Source of the DNA: Candidatus Woesearchaeota archaeon
GTDB taxonomy: Archaea; Nanobdellota; Nanobdellia; Woesearchaeales; UBA11716
Length of the DNA: 14,765 nucleotides
Direction: 5' to 3'
NCBI GenBank assembly: GCA_013329175.1
Contig: DUKR01000077.1
Coordinates: 1-14,765, forward strand
Shown: piece after piece, positions 6,436-13,609 of the stretch
Layout of the letters: each line of letters opens with the position of its first letter
How positions within the stretch are numbered: the stretch's first letter is position 1
Made by a program: the position numbers and the translations under genes
The notes under the pieces: model-generated
The model's database searches: none
Seen by the model: only the letters and a program-made list of their open reading frames with translations
Told to the model about the DNA's origin: nothing

Positions 6436-7098
6436 TTATCGGGAAAGTTTTTTTTGAGTAATAGTAGCAGTGTATACAGGACCAGCTGACCGTGCTCCCG
6501 CTGCGCCAGTAACATAGCTTGGAATCAGTAAAGAGGAGGATGGATTATTAATGATCTCAGCAATCACTGCATTTAACTGGCTTACATTCTCTGGAAAGGG
6601 CTTGCTGGGGTCAACTTTTATAACTGCTGTGTTGCCTGCTGCATCTTGAAACATCTCTACGTTATCACCTAGTGGGACTATTGCATTAAGATACGTTTGA
6701 TCATTTGGACCTTTAATTAATTCTAGTTTAGGTCCAAGATTCTGAGCTGGACCAATTACTTGAACATAGTCAGCTGTTACCCTAAGAAAATCCGCTAAAT
6801 TATCCCTTCCTTCAACTGTGACATATTTACCTACCGTATTCCTTACTTTAAGAGCAGTGTTGTAGCCATCAGTTATAACATTCTCACCTAGCTTAGTAAC
6901 AGAGTTAGCAGCATCCCACTTATCCTCCCCATATTTAATAACACTACTTACTCCACTTACTATGTAAGGTAGGGAATAAAGGGCAAGGGCACCGGCAGCC
7001 ATAAATTTAATAATCTTGCCTGCCTTTCTTTTTGACTTTTGTGGTGCTATTAAATCTTGTAGAGTTTTGGACATTTCCATAGCAAATCCAGAAAGCAT
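6436..7098 (-). CDS. Membrane-anchored exported protein of 214-220 aa. It has a single N-terminal TM/signal anchor (IIKFMAAGALALYSLPYIVSGV) and an extracytoplasmic beta-rich domain. It sits immediately downstream of the SPFH gene.
   Basis: Intact ORF. A perfect archaeal TATA TTTATATA (minus-strand reading of 7105-7112) is centred about 27 nt upstream of the in-frame ATG at 7080 (MEMSKTL). The true start may therefore be 7080 with a leaderless mRNA, or the gene is co-transcribed with SPFH. I recognise no family; the position is analogous to NfeD partners of SPFH proteins. Confidence 0.55.
   Translation of the reverse strand: MLSGFAMEMSKTLQDLIAPQKSKRKAGKIIKFMAAGALALYSLPYIVSGVSSVIKYGEDKWDAANSVTKLGENVITDGYNTALKVRNTVGKYVTVEGRDNLADFLRVTADYVQVIGPAQNLGPKLELIKGPNDQTYLNAIVPLGDNVEMFQDAAGNTAVIKVDPSKPFPENVSQLNAVIAEIINNPSSSLLIPSYVTGAAGARSAGPVYTATITQKKLSR
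6448..6455 (+). terminator. Oligo-T tract (T8) 19 nt downstream of the stop of 4885-6429. It is a candidate archaeal intrinsic terminator. It lies inside the last codons of the convergent minus-strand gene.
   Basis: The T8 run is read directly. Archaeal RNA polymerase terminates at oligo-T tracts (established). The assignment of function here is inference. Confidence 0.3.
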
Positions 7099-7147
7099 GA
7101 CTAGTATATAAATCTTCCGATTTGTAACTATCAGTAAGTAGTTAATT

Positions 7148-8425
7148 TTACAGGTTTGTGGTTGTATTTTCTGCAGAATATATAGACTTTGTGGGTCTTA
7201 TAACACCCTTATTTGGACTCAGGTACGCCCCCAATTGGTTTGCAAGAGCATCAAGAACATTTCCCCCAAAATTTGTCATTTGCAAGTTTAATTTCTGCTC
7301 CTGGATCATACTGATAAGGGCTGCATACCGCCCGCCATCCTTTGCTATTTCAACACTAATCTTTTGTATTGTCTCTGCCTGTGCTTCTGCTAACTTTTTC
7401 ATTGCATTAGCATCTGCTTCCCCTTTTGTCATGATTGCATAAGCAGTGGCATCGGCATCTTTTTTTTGTGCTTCATATGTTGCTTGTGCAGCATATTTTA
7501 GCGCAGCGGCTTTAGTGACTTCTTCATCTGGAGTAATACGTTGAAAGCTCACTGAAAGAATTTCCAGTCCTAAATTGTTATATGTTTGGTTAAGCCCACT
7601 GATCATCTGATTACCAACGTTATGCTCAGCATTAATCTCATCAAACGTATGGCTCCCAATGTATTTTCTTACAAGTGCGCTTGCTTCAGCCCAGACCTGC
7701 CCTATAGGGTCGTTTGCTCCGTACAGCGCCTGCCTGACTGATTTGTAATCATCACCGATCTTTATGCTAATAACAGCATCAATGGTAGTTGAAAGCCCAT
7801 CCTTAGTTACAATGCCTTCCTCTTGCTGAAGGTCAATCTGGGTGATGCTGGTGTCAACCACATCCCACTGGGTAAAAATTGGAACCCTTAAGTGCAGCCC
7901 AGCTCCATGCATTTTTTGCTCACGCTCATTCCAAAGCATGGCAAGCCCTTTAGGAATATTCCACACAGACCATGCGTTTTCGCTGTTGTCTTGAGGAGTT
8001 GGGCTATATCCAGACAGATATTTTCCTACCTTTTGGTAGCCTCCAACTGATTGCACCACACTGTGCGCTCCATAGCCAAGAATAGCAAACGGAGCTATTG
8101 CAGAAACTGTGGAACCAATAAAGGGAAGATAGGAAGCAGGAGCAGTGGCCAACGGAGAAACTTTCCATACTGCCCATGTAGCAAGCGCCCTTAGCACAGG
8201 ATTCTGTTTCTGGGGCCTGCCAAGGGTTTTTGGTATTGCCCGCTGGTCAGGCTCAAGCATTGCTGCTGGTGAATATATGCTTTGCCAACCGGGCATTAGG
8301 CTGTTAAAATAATTTTTATGAATAAGAAGCTTTTCTGCAATAGAATCGACTACGGCTTCTAAATCACCCGCTTCAGAAGTAGTCGCCTCACCTATTCCAA
8401 CTGGTATGTACTCATCGTCTGCCAT
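7148..8425 (-). CDS. SPFH/band-7 (stomatin/prohibitin/flotillin/HflKC) domain protein of 425 aa. It has a roughly 170-aa N-terminal extension that includes a hydrophobic hairpin-like segment. The C-terminus is an Ala/Lys/Glu-rich helix.
   Basis: Core SPFH signature blocks are present: GLHLRVPIFTQWDVVDTSITQIDL, VTKDGLSTTIDAVISIKIGD, ALVRKYIGSHTFDEI and LGLEILSVSFQRITPDEEV, followed by AQATYEAQKKDADATAYAIMTKGEADANA. This is typical of the family from established knowledge. A TATA-like TTTAAATA (minus-strand reading of 8496-8503) lies upstream. Confidence 0.85.
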   Translation of the reverse strand: MADDEYIPVGIGEATTSEAGDLEAVVDSIAEKLLIHKNYFNSLMPGWQSIYSPAAMLEPDQRAIPKTLGRPQKQNPVLRALATWAVWKVSPLATAPASYLPFIGSTVSAIAPFAILGYGAHSVVQSVGGYQKVGKYLSGYSPTPQDNSENAWSVWNIPKGLAMLWNEREQKMHGAGLHLRVPIFTQWDVVDTSITQIDLQQEEGIVTKDGLSTTIDAVISIKIGDDYKSVRQALYGANDPIGQVWAEASALVRKYIGSHTFDEINAEHNVGNQMISGLNQTYNNLGLEILSVSFQRITPDEEVTKAAALKYAAQATYEAQKKDADATAYAIMTKGEADANAMKKLAEAQAETIQKISVEIAKDGGRYAALISMIQEQKLNLQMTNFGGNVLDALANQLGAYLSPNKGVIRPTKSIYSAENTTTNL

Positions 8426-8539
8426 GCCGCATCACATTTGTGTATAGCCTTCCCAGGCATCATTATGTTTACTGCAAGATGGAATAGGCAGCACTATTTA
8501 AATATTATTATTTTTACTACTTTAGGAGGGTTAAAAAGT

Positions 8540-9208
8540 CTACGCAAACGCTGTCGCAGGAGTCCTGGCGTAAGGCTGCGCAGGAAGATAGTCTCCTGCT
8601 ATGCGTTTTACCCTGTCAAGAACACGCCTGGACATAGGCTTTTTTGCTTTGTACAATCCCTGCTCCTTGAGGAACTCGGTAACTCCTTCCGAAATAGCCT
8701 TTTTGCTGGTAATTCTGGTCATGACATTGTAGTCAAGACTTAGGCAGATAACAGGAATCAACCATGCTATTGCTTTTGAGCCAAGCCAGTCTGCAGCTCC
8801 ATACACATCCCATGTCTCACTCAGATAGCTGTAGAGGGATGGCAATTCCAGCGCCGCTTTTCCTCCTACAAGCGCTGCCTGAAACAGCCCAAAGTCACCA
8901 AACGGAGTGCCTTTAAGAAAATGGTAGGCATCATTGACAATCGCTCCAATACCTGTGCCCTTCGTAGCAGCGCTGGTAAGCATACCAAGATGCTTTTGAT
9001 GATGATCAACCCTGCCCTGTATTTTCTGCTCAAGAGAGGAATATAATTGCTGCTTCTCTTCATCAGTCTTGCCTGCAAACAATTGCTTACTAATGTCAGT
9101 TGAAAGATAGTTCCTGATGCCATCCGCTACAGGCTCAAGAGGCGTGTAAGGTCGGGAGCAATACGGCAATTCACCCTTCTTCCTAATCTTACACTTCTGG
9201 GCTACCAT
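8540..9208 (-). CDS. Hypothetical protein of 222 aa from the ATG at 9208 (the ORF extends to 9340, 266 aa). It contains one or two hydrophobic segments (AIAWLIPVICLSLDY).
   Basis: Long ORF in a region that is not A/T-rich and so is likely coding. The first 44 codons of the 266-aa version overlap a more protein-like plus-strand ORF, so I prefer the shorter start. No family recognised. Confidence 0.4.
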   Translation of the reverse strand: MVAQKCKIRKKGELPYCSRPYTPLEPVADGIRNYLSTDISKQLFAGKTDEEKQQLYSSLEQKIQGRVDHHQKHLGMLTSAATKGTGIGAIVNDAYHFLKGTPFGDFGLFQAALVGGKAALELPSLYSYLSETWDVYGAADWLGSKAIAWLIPVICLSLDYNVMTRITSKKAISEGVTEFLKEQGLYKAKKPMSRRVLDRVKRIAGDYLPAQPYARTPATAFA

Positions 9209-9256
9209 TGGGAGACCATGTGCATTTCCCTCAAAACGTTTGACATCAGCCACGAG

Positions 9257-9505
9257 ATGAGGTTTAAGGAGTATATCTCTGACAGGCCGGCAGTCATCAG
9301 GGCAGTCAAGGTTCTTGGCAACTGTGACCTCATGCTGCACATCGCAACAAAGGATGCTTCAGAGCTTCACAAGACTATCAAAGGCATCTATAAGGCATTT
9401 GTTGATATCATCACAGGCTACCAGGCATGGGGAGCCTACAAAGAGCACTTTTTCACAATCTTTCCTGCTGTTGTTTCTGACAAAGAAAATGCAGAGCAGA
9501 AGTGA
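9257..9505 (+). CDS. Small protein of 82 aa (95 aa from 9218). It has a possible beta-alpha-beta ACT/RAM-like pattern (AVIRAVKVLGNCDLMLHIATKDASELHKTIKGIY). It may be co-transcribed with pth2.
   Basis: The amphipathic periodicity is protein-like. It has the same orientation as pth2 and gpmA, with only 48 nt and no TATA box before pth2. The resemblance to Lrp/AsnC ligand-binding domains is weak and from memory only. Confidence 0.35.
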   Translation: MRFKEYISDRPAVIRAVKVLGNCDLMLHIATKDASELHKTIKGIYKAFVDIITGYQAWGAYKEHFFTIFPAVVSDKENAEQK

Positions 9506-9553
9506 AACAAAAACCACATAAAGGGAAGCGATTTTCAGCACCAGTGAACAGCA

Positions 9554-9898
9554 ATGCCGCATAAACAAGTCATCCTGATACGGGCGGACCTGAAATTGCC
9601 CAAAGGAAAAGCCGCAGCACAGGCAGCTCACGCATCAGTAGAGGCTGCACTCAAATCAAAAAAGGAAACAGTGCAGGAATGGCGCAGCGAAGGGATGAAG
9701 AAAATCGTTCTCAAGGTAACTGGCGAAAAAGAGCTGCTTCTTTACCAGCAGAAGGCAAAGGAAGCTAAGCTTGTTGCTGCCCTTATCACAGACGCAGGCA
9801 AAACCGTTGTTGAGCCTGGCACCATGACTGCATTGGGAATAGGCCCTGATGATGAGCAGAAGATTGACAAGGTGACAGGCAGCCTGAAGATGCTCTGA
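9554..9898 (+). CDS. pth2: Peptidyl-tRNA hydrolase, archaeal/eukaryotic type (PTH2 family), 114 aa.
   Basis: The diagnostic N-terminal block VILIRADLKLPKGKAAAQAAHASV is present. The size is about 115 aa and the C-terminus (GSLKML) is typical of PTH2. Bacteria use the unrelated Pth (established). Confidence 0.88.
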   Translation: MPHKQVILIRADLKLPKGKAAAQAAHASVEAALKSKKETVQEWRSEGMKKIVLKVTGEKELLLYQQKAKEAKLVAALITDAGKTVVEPGTMTALGIGPDDEQKIDKVTGSLKML

Positions 9899-9918
9899 CT
9901 ACTGCCCCACCCTGGGCA

Positions 9919-9963
9919 ATAAATATAAAAACAACGTCCTAAAGGCCTTAAAGCAGCGAGGTG
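9919..9963 (+). promoter_or_regulatory. Promoter and RBS for gpmA. It has a TATA-like AATAAATATAAAAA (9919-9932) and an SD GAGGTG (9958-9963) 7 nt before the ATG.
   Basis: Read directly from the sequence. The spacing is consistent with a TSS near 9952 and a short SD-bearing leader. Confidence 0.4.
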
Positions 9964-9970
9964 CTAACTG

Positions 9971-10714
9971 ATGACATACACGGTAGTCTTTCTCCGCCAC
10001 GGCCAAAGCGAATGGAACCTGGCAAACAGGTTCACCGGATGGACTGATGTCTCACTCACCCCAAGAGGAGAGCAGGAGGCCCACGAGGCAGGAAAAGACC
10101 TCAAGAAGGCAGGCTTTGCCTTTGACCTTGCCTTCACCAACATGCACAAGCGGGCAATCAGAACCCTCTGGATTGTGCTTGAGGAGCTTGACCTGATGTG
10201 GATCCCCCAGACCGTTGACTGGCGCCTTAACGAGCGCCATTATGGAGCCCTCACCGGAAAGAACAAGGCTGAAACCTTAAAGCAGTATGGCGAGGAGCAG
10301 TTCACCATATGGCGCAGGGGCTATGCTACCCCTCCACCAGAGCAGGACAAGGATGATGCGCTTTACCCTGGCAATAATCCAACGTATGCGTGGCTCAAAG
10401 ACAATGTCCCGACAACAGAGTGCCTGAAAGATACGGTAAATCGGGCAGTTCCGTGCTGGAATGGCGTGATAGCTCCAGGGATTAAGGAAGGAAAAAGGGT
10501 AATCATTGCGGCATCAGGCAATTCCCTTCGGGCAATAGTCAAGCATCTTGACAAGGTATCTGATGACGACATCGTCCATCTCAACATCCCCACAGGCATC
10601 CCGCTTGTGTATGAGCTTAACAACAGCCTTAAGCCGATGAGGCACTATTATGTGGGTGATAATGAAAAGATTAAGCGAGTGACTGAAGAGGTCGCAAGCC
10701 AGGGAAAGAAGTAG
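9971..10714 (+). CDS. gpmA: 2,3-bisphosphoglycerate-dependent phosphoglycerate mutase (dPGM), 247 aa.
   Basis: The canonical histidine-phosphatase dPGM motifs are present: LRHGQSEWN, RFTGWTDV, KRAIRTLWIVLEELD, WRLNERHYGAL, WRRGYATPP and GNSLRA. It is nearly colinear with bacterial GpmA at about 250 aa. Confidence 0.92.
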   Translation: MTYTVVFLRHGQSEWNLANRFTGWTDVSLTPRGEQEAHEAGKDLKKAGFAFDLAFTNMHKRAIRTLWIVLEELDLMWIPQTVDWRLNERHYGALTGKNKAETLKQYGEEQFTIWRRGYATPPPEQDKDDALYPGNNPTYAWLKDNVPTTECLKDTVNRAVPCWNGVIAPGIKEGKRVIIAASGNSLRAIVKHLDKVSDDDIVHLNIPTGIPLVYELNNSLKPMRHYYVGDNEKIKRVTEEVASQGKK

Positions 10715-12124
10715 GGATATTCATGCCGCCCATTGGCATCGTAATCGTTCACTATCATGAAGCTTTTTCTTCATTCTCCTCCGCCTCAATCCATGCGTTC
10801 CATGGCGGCTCATTCCAGAAAAACGGGCCATTACCTGGGGCTTCCTGCCACAAGCGTCGCTTCTGTTCTCTCTGTTTTTGCCAGACGTAACATTGCTATT
10901 TACAATTCCGTCATGCACTGTATAGTCCCTCATCCTTCATACACGCTCGTGCAGCGCACTGACTTTTGCCAATGGCTGCGTGCATTTCTGTCTTCAGCGT
11001 TTTTCACCCGTTACAGCAGAAAACCTGTGTGCCGTCAATTACGCGAGCATTGGCAGTGTTGTGGTGGCGAAGGTCGTGGGGGGTTGTCCCTTACGGGGGT
11101 GCGACCTCATCGTCCCGCTTCATCTCCATGCGAGCCGACGGCACACCAATGGTTTTCTGCTCGAGTGAAAAACGCTAAGGAAAACGCCAAGGCCTTCATC
11201 ACCTCCAAAGAGAAATGCAGCAACAATCGCTTCAGGAAAGTGAACAATTATGGAGAAATGCATTGATATTGTGACACCGCGATGGATTGCGTCTGCTGAC
11301 ACCTCTCCACGCATTTCGCCTATTGAATAATTGCGGCTACTGTCACATAAATACCGCAATTATCCATACTTGGCATCCCGACAAACCCTAAGCTCCGCCT
11401 CTTCGCCTGCATCAACGACAGGAGACAGGAAGAGGCAACAATGGCATCCTGCGCTCCCCCGCATCACGAGGGCTGATGTGAAGGAACTCAAGCGCTGGGT
11501 GCTAAGGCAGGGGCATGCCCGCAACATCTTCGCCACCGCAACCAGATGCATGGGCTTCTGTAACGATGAATCAAGAAGTATAGGCAGCAGGCCATCGCCT
11601 ATTGCGTACTCCTTCACTTTCTTGAAAAGCCCTGCCCGGGAGGAAGGATACAGGCTCGCTGGATAGCCATGAGTTAAGGCTTTGAGGGATATTGGCAGGC
11701 AGGCTCGTGGAAAGCTGGCATTCCCAAAAAACTCAGTAGAAAAAAAGGCATTAGCCATGCCTCCCGTCGCATCCACACTCAATTCGTAACTCCCTTCTTT
11801 TCGTTTCAGGCAATCCACTCAATGCACAATCCGAGGTAAACAAAAAAGCCTCAGCTGGCCAGCAGGGCATGTGTTGCAGCCATTGCCGCAGTGTAGCGCG
11901 CTGCACCGTCAGGCATGGAGGATGGGCGCTGGCAGCAGTGCACGACGGAATTTCCATCATCAGGATTTGCAGCACAAACAGGGGAGGGAGGAAAAATAAA
12001 GGGATGGGATGAGAAAGAAGCCACAGGCAATGAGCTTTTAGGGAATGCCTTTTCGGGAGCGATGCCCATCACAGTTACAAAGAGGCAGGCAACTTCATAA
12101 AGGTGAAGTACTACCCTATTGCCC
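10715..12124. other. A 1.4-kb region with no credible protein-coding ORF on either strand. It could be a decayed pseudogene remnant or a long structured ncRNA.
   Basis: All six frames are broken into ORFs of at most 169 aa with junk-like Cys/Arg/Ser/His-rich translations that overlap each other on both strands. The region is not A/T-rich like true intergenic DNA here. Confidence 0.3.
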
Positions 12125-13609
12125 TCATCTTACCTCAACACAATCCTCACTGATCATCTCGACGGCATACGCTAGCTTATGCTTAGCCTGCGCATAGAGC
12201 GTAAAGAGCTTATCCCCTTCCTTCACTCTGCAGCCAACATGATGATAGAGGTACATCCCCGCTCCCTTGTCGGCAGGGGCACCTGCAATGCGTGCAATCC
12301 TGGAAATCTCTTCATTGGATATTGCTGCAACCTTGCCGCTCTTTTTGGCATGATAGGTATGGGTATACCTCCCGACTGCTATGTTGTCAGGCGTGATGGT
12401 AGGCTTTCCCCCCTGTGCCTTTATAATCTCCCTGAACTTGACGTAGGCCTTGCCTGAATCAAGGATTCGCTTTGCCCGCTTTCTTCCCCCTGCTACCCCT
12501 GCAAGCGCAAAGAGCCTGTCTGCCATGTCAAGGCACTTCTCCTCCAAGTCCATCGGCCTGTCAGCATCTCGGCGGAAAATCTTGAGCACGTCCCGCGCTT
12601 CAAGGCAGGGACCGATGCCGTTGCCTATGGGCTGCGATCCATCAGAGATATAGACGTCAACTTTTTTCCCCAAAGCCTTCCCAATCAGCAGGAACTTCTT
12701 TTTCAGCTTTTCTGCTGCTGCACGTGAGCGTATCTTGCCTCCTGCAGAGATGGGGATGTCAAGCAGGATGTGCGTTGAGCCTGCAGAATACTTCTTTGCC
12801 ATGATGGAGGCTATCAATTGCGACTCAGCGTCTATAGCAAGAGGCTTTTCCACTTGGATTATCTTATCGTCAGCAGGAGCAAGATTGAGCGCTCCTCCCC
12901 ACACCATGCAGGCACCAACCTTTCTGACGACCGAGCGAAGCTTTGGGATGGGAAATGAGACTGGGCACAGCACTTCCATGGTGTCAGCGGTCCCTGCTGG
13001 AGAGGTTATCGAGCGTGACGAGGTCTTTGGGAACAGGAAGCCTGCAGCAGCCAAAATGGGCACAAGCACAAGCGTCGTTCTGTTGCCTGGCACACCCCCA
13101 ATGCAATGCTTGTCAAGCACTTTTCTCTTCCCAAAAGAAAGGATGTCTCCCTGCTCAGCTATGGCTTTGGCAAGCATCACGGTCTCCTGCGTGCTCATGG
13201 CATTGGTATAGCACGCAGCGACAAAATAGGTCAGCTCAATGTTGGAGAGCTTGTTGTGGACAATGTCCCAGACTATCTGCTCAATCTCCTTTCTCGTCAG
13301 GGTAAGGCCATCAAGCTTCTTCCTGATGAACTGCAGCGAAAGCGGCTTTCGTGCAGGAATTAATTGGACAGTCTCACCATTCCTTAACCGAAGAGAAGAA
13401 ATCACCTCCTCAAATGCTCCGATATGGCCATCTGGCACGGTCTTTCTTCCGTAGGCGATGTCAACGACAGCTGTCTCTTCCCTGCTCCCTCTGCGTATCT
13501 TGACCCTATCCAGGTGATGAAGATCAATCTTCCTTGCGTCATGCTCATTGACCGCTACCACAAGGACGCCGCCTGTCGAGATGTCAATGTCCCTGACCTT
13601 CAGCTTCAT
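12125..13609 (-). CDS. deoA: AMP phosphorylase, 494 aa. This is the archaeal thymidine-phosphorylase-family enzyme carrying the extra N-terminal domain.
   Basis: The N-terminal MKLKVRDIDISTGG...VAVNEHDARKIDLHHLDRVKI pattern and the total length of about 500 aa are typical of archaeal AMPpase. Glycosyl-transferase family 3 core blocks are present (DKHCIGGVPGNRTTL, ITSPAGTADTME, KKYSAGSTHILLDIP), recalled from established family knowledge. Confidence 0.82.
   Translation of the reverse strand: MKLKVRDIDISTGGVLVVAVNEHDARKIDLHHLDRVKIRRGSREETAVVDIAYGRKTVPDGHIGAFEEVISSLRLRNGETVQLIPARKPLSLQFIRKKLDGLTLTRKEIEQIVWDIVHNKLSNIELTYFVAACYTNAMSTQETVMLAKAIAEQGDILSFGKRKVLDKHCIGGVPGNRTTLVLVPILAAAGFLFPKTSSRSITSPAGTADTMEVLCPVSFPIPKLRSVVRKVGACMVWGGALNLAPADDKIIQVEKPLAIDAESQLIASIMAKKYSAGSTHILLDIPISAGGKIRSRAAAEKLKKKFLLIGKALGKKVDVYISDGSQPIGNGIGPCLEARDVLKIFRRDADRPMDLEEKCLDMADRLFALAGVAGGRKRAKRILDSGKAYVKFREIIKAQGGKPTITPDNIAVGRYTHTYHAKKSGKVAAISNEEISRIARIAGAPADKGAGMYLYHHVGCRVKEGDKLFTLYAQAKHKLAYAVEMISEDCVEVR

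Noticed and set aside
9218-9256. Start of the small plus-strand ORF at 9218 (MCISLKTFDISHE...)
   Set aside because: The first 13 codons read poorly. The ATG at 9257 gives a compact domain of about 82 aa. Both starts remain uncertain.
11060-11100. GGTCGTGGGGGG...GGGGGTGCGACC looked like a hairpin
   Set aside because: It is a mirror repeat, not a reverse complement, so it cannot form a stem.
11360-12072. Idea that the ORF-free region is a decayed type III RuBisCO or R15P isomerase gene (minus-strand fragment ...SSMPDGAARYTAAMAATHAL vaguely like GHPDG..AGA.ANRVALEA)
   Set aside because: The match is a few residues over about 18 positions and nothing else aligns. Too weak to assert. Kept only as a search suggestion.
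10715-12124. Looked for tRNA T-arm (GGTTCGAATCC-like), RNase P P4 (GGAAAGTCC), C/D-box pairs and CRISPR-like direct repeats
   Set aside because: No convincing match found by eye. I cannot exclude a structured RNA without a covariance-model scan.
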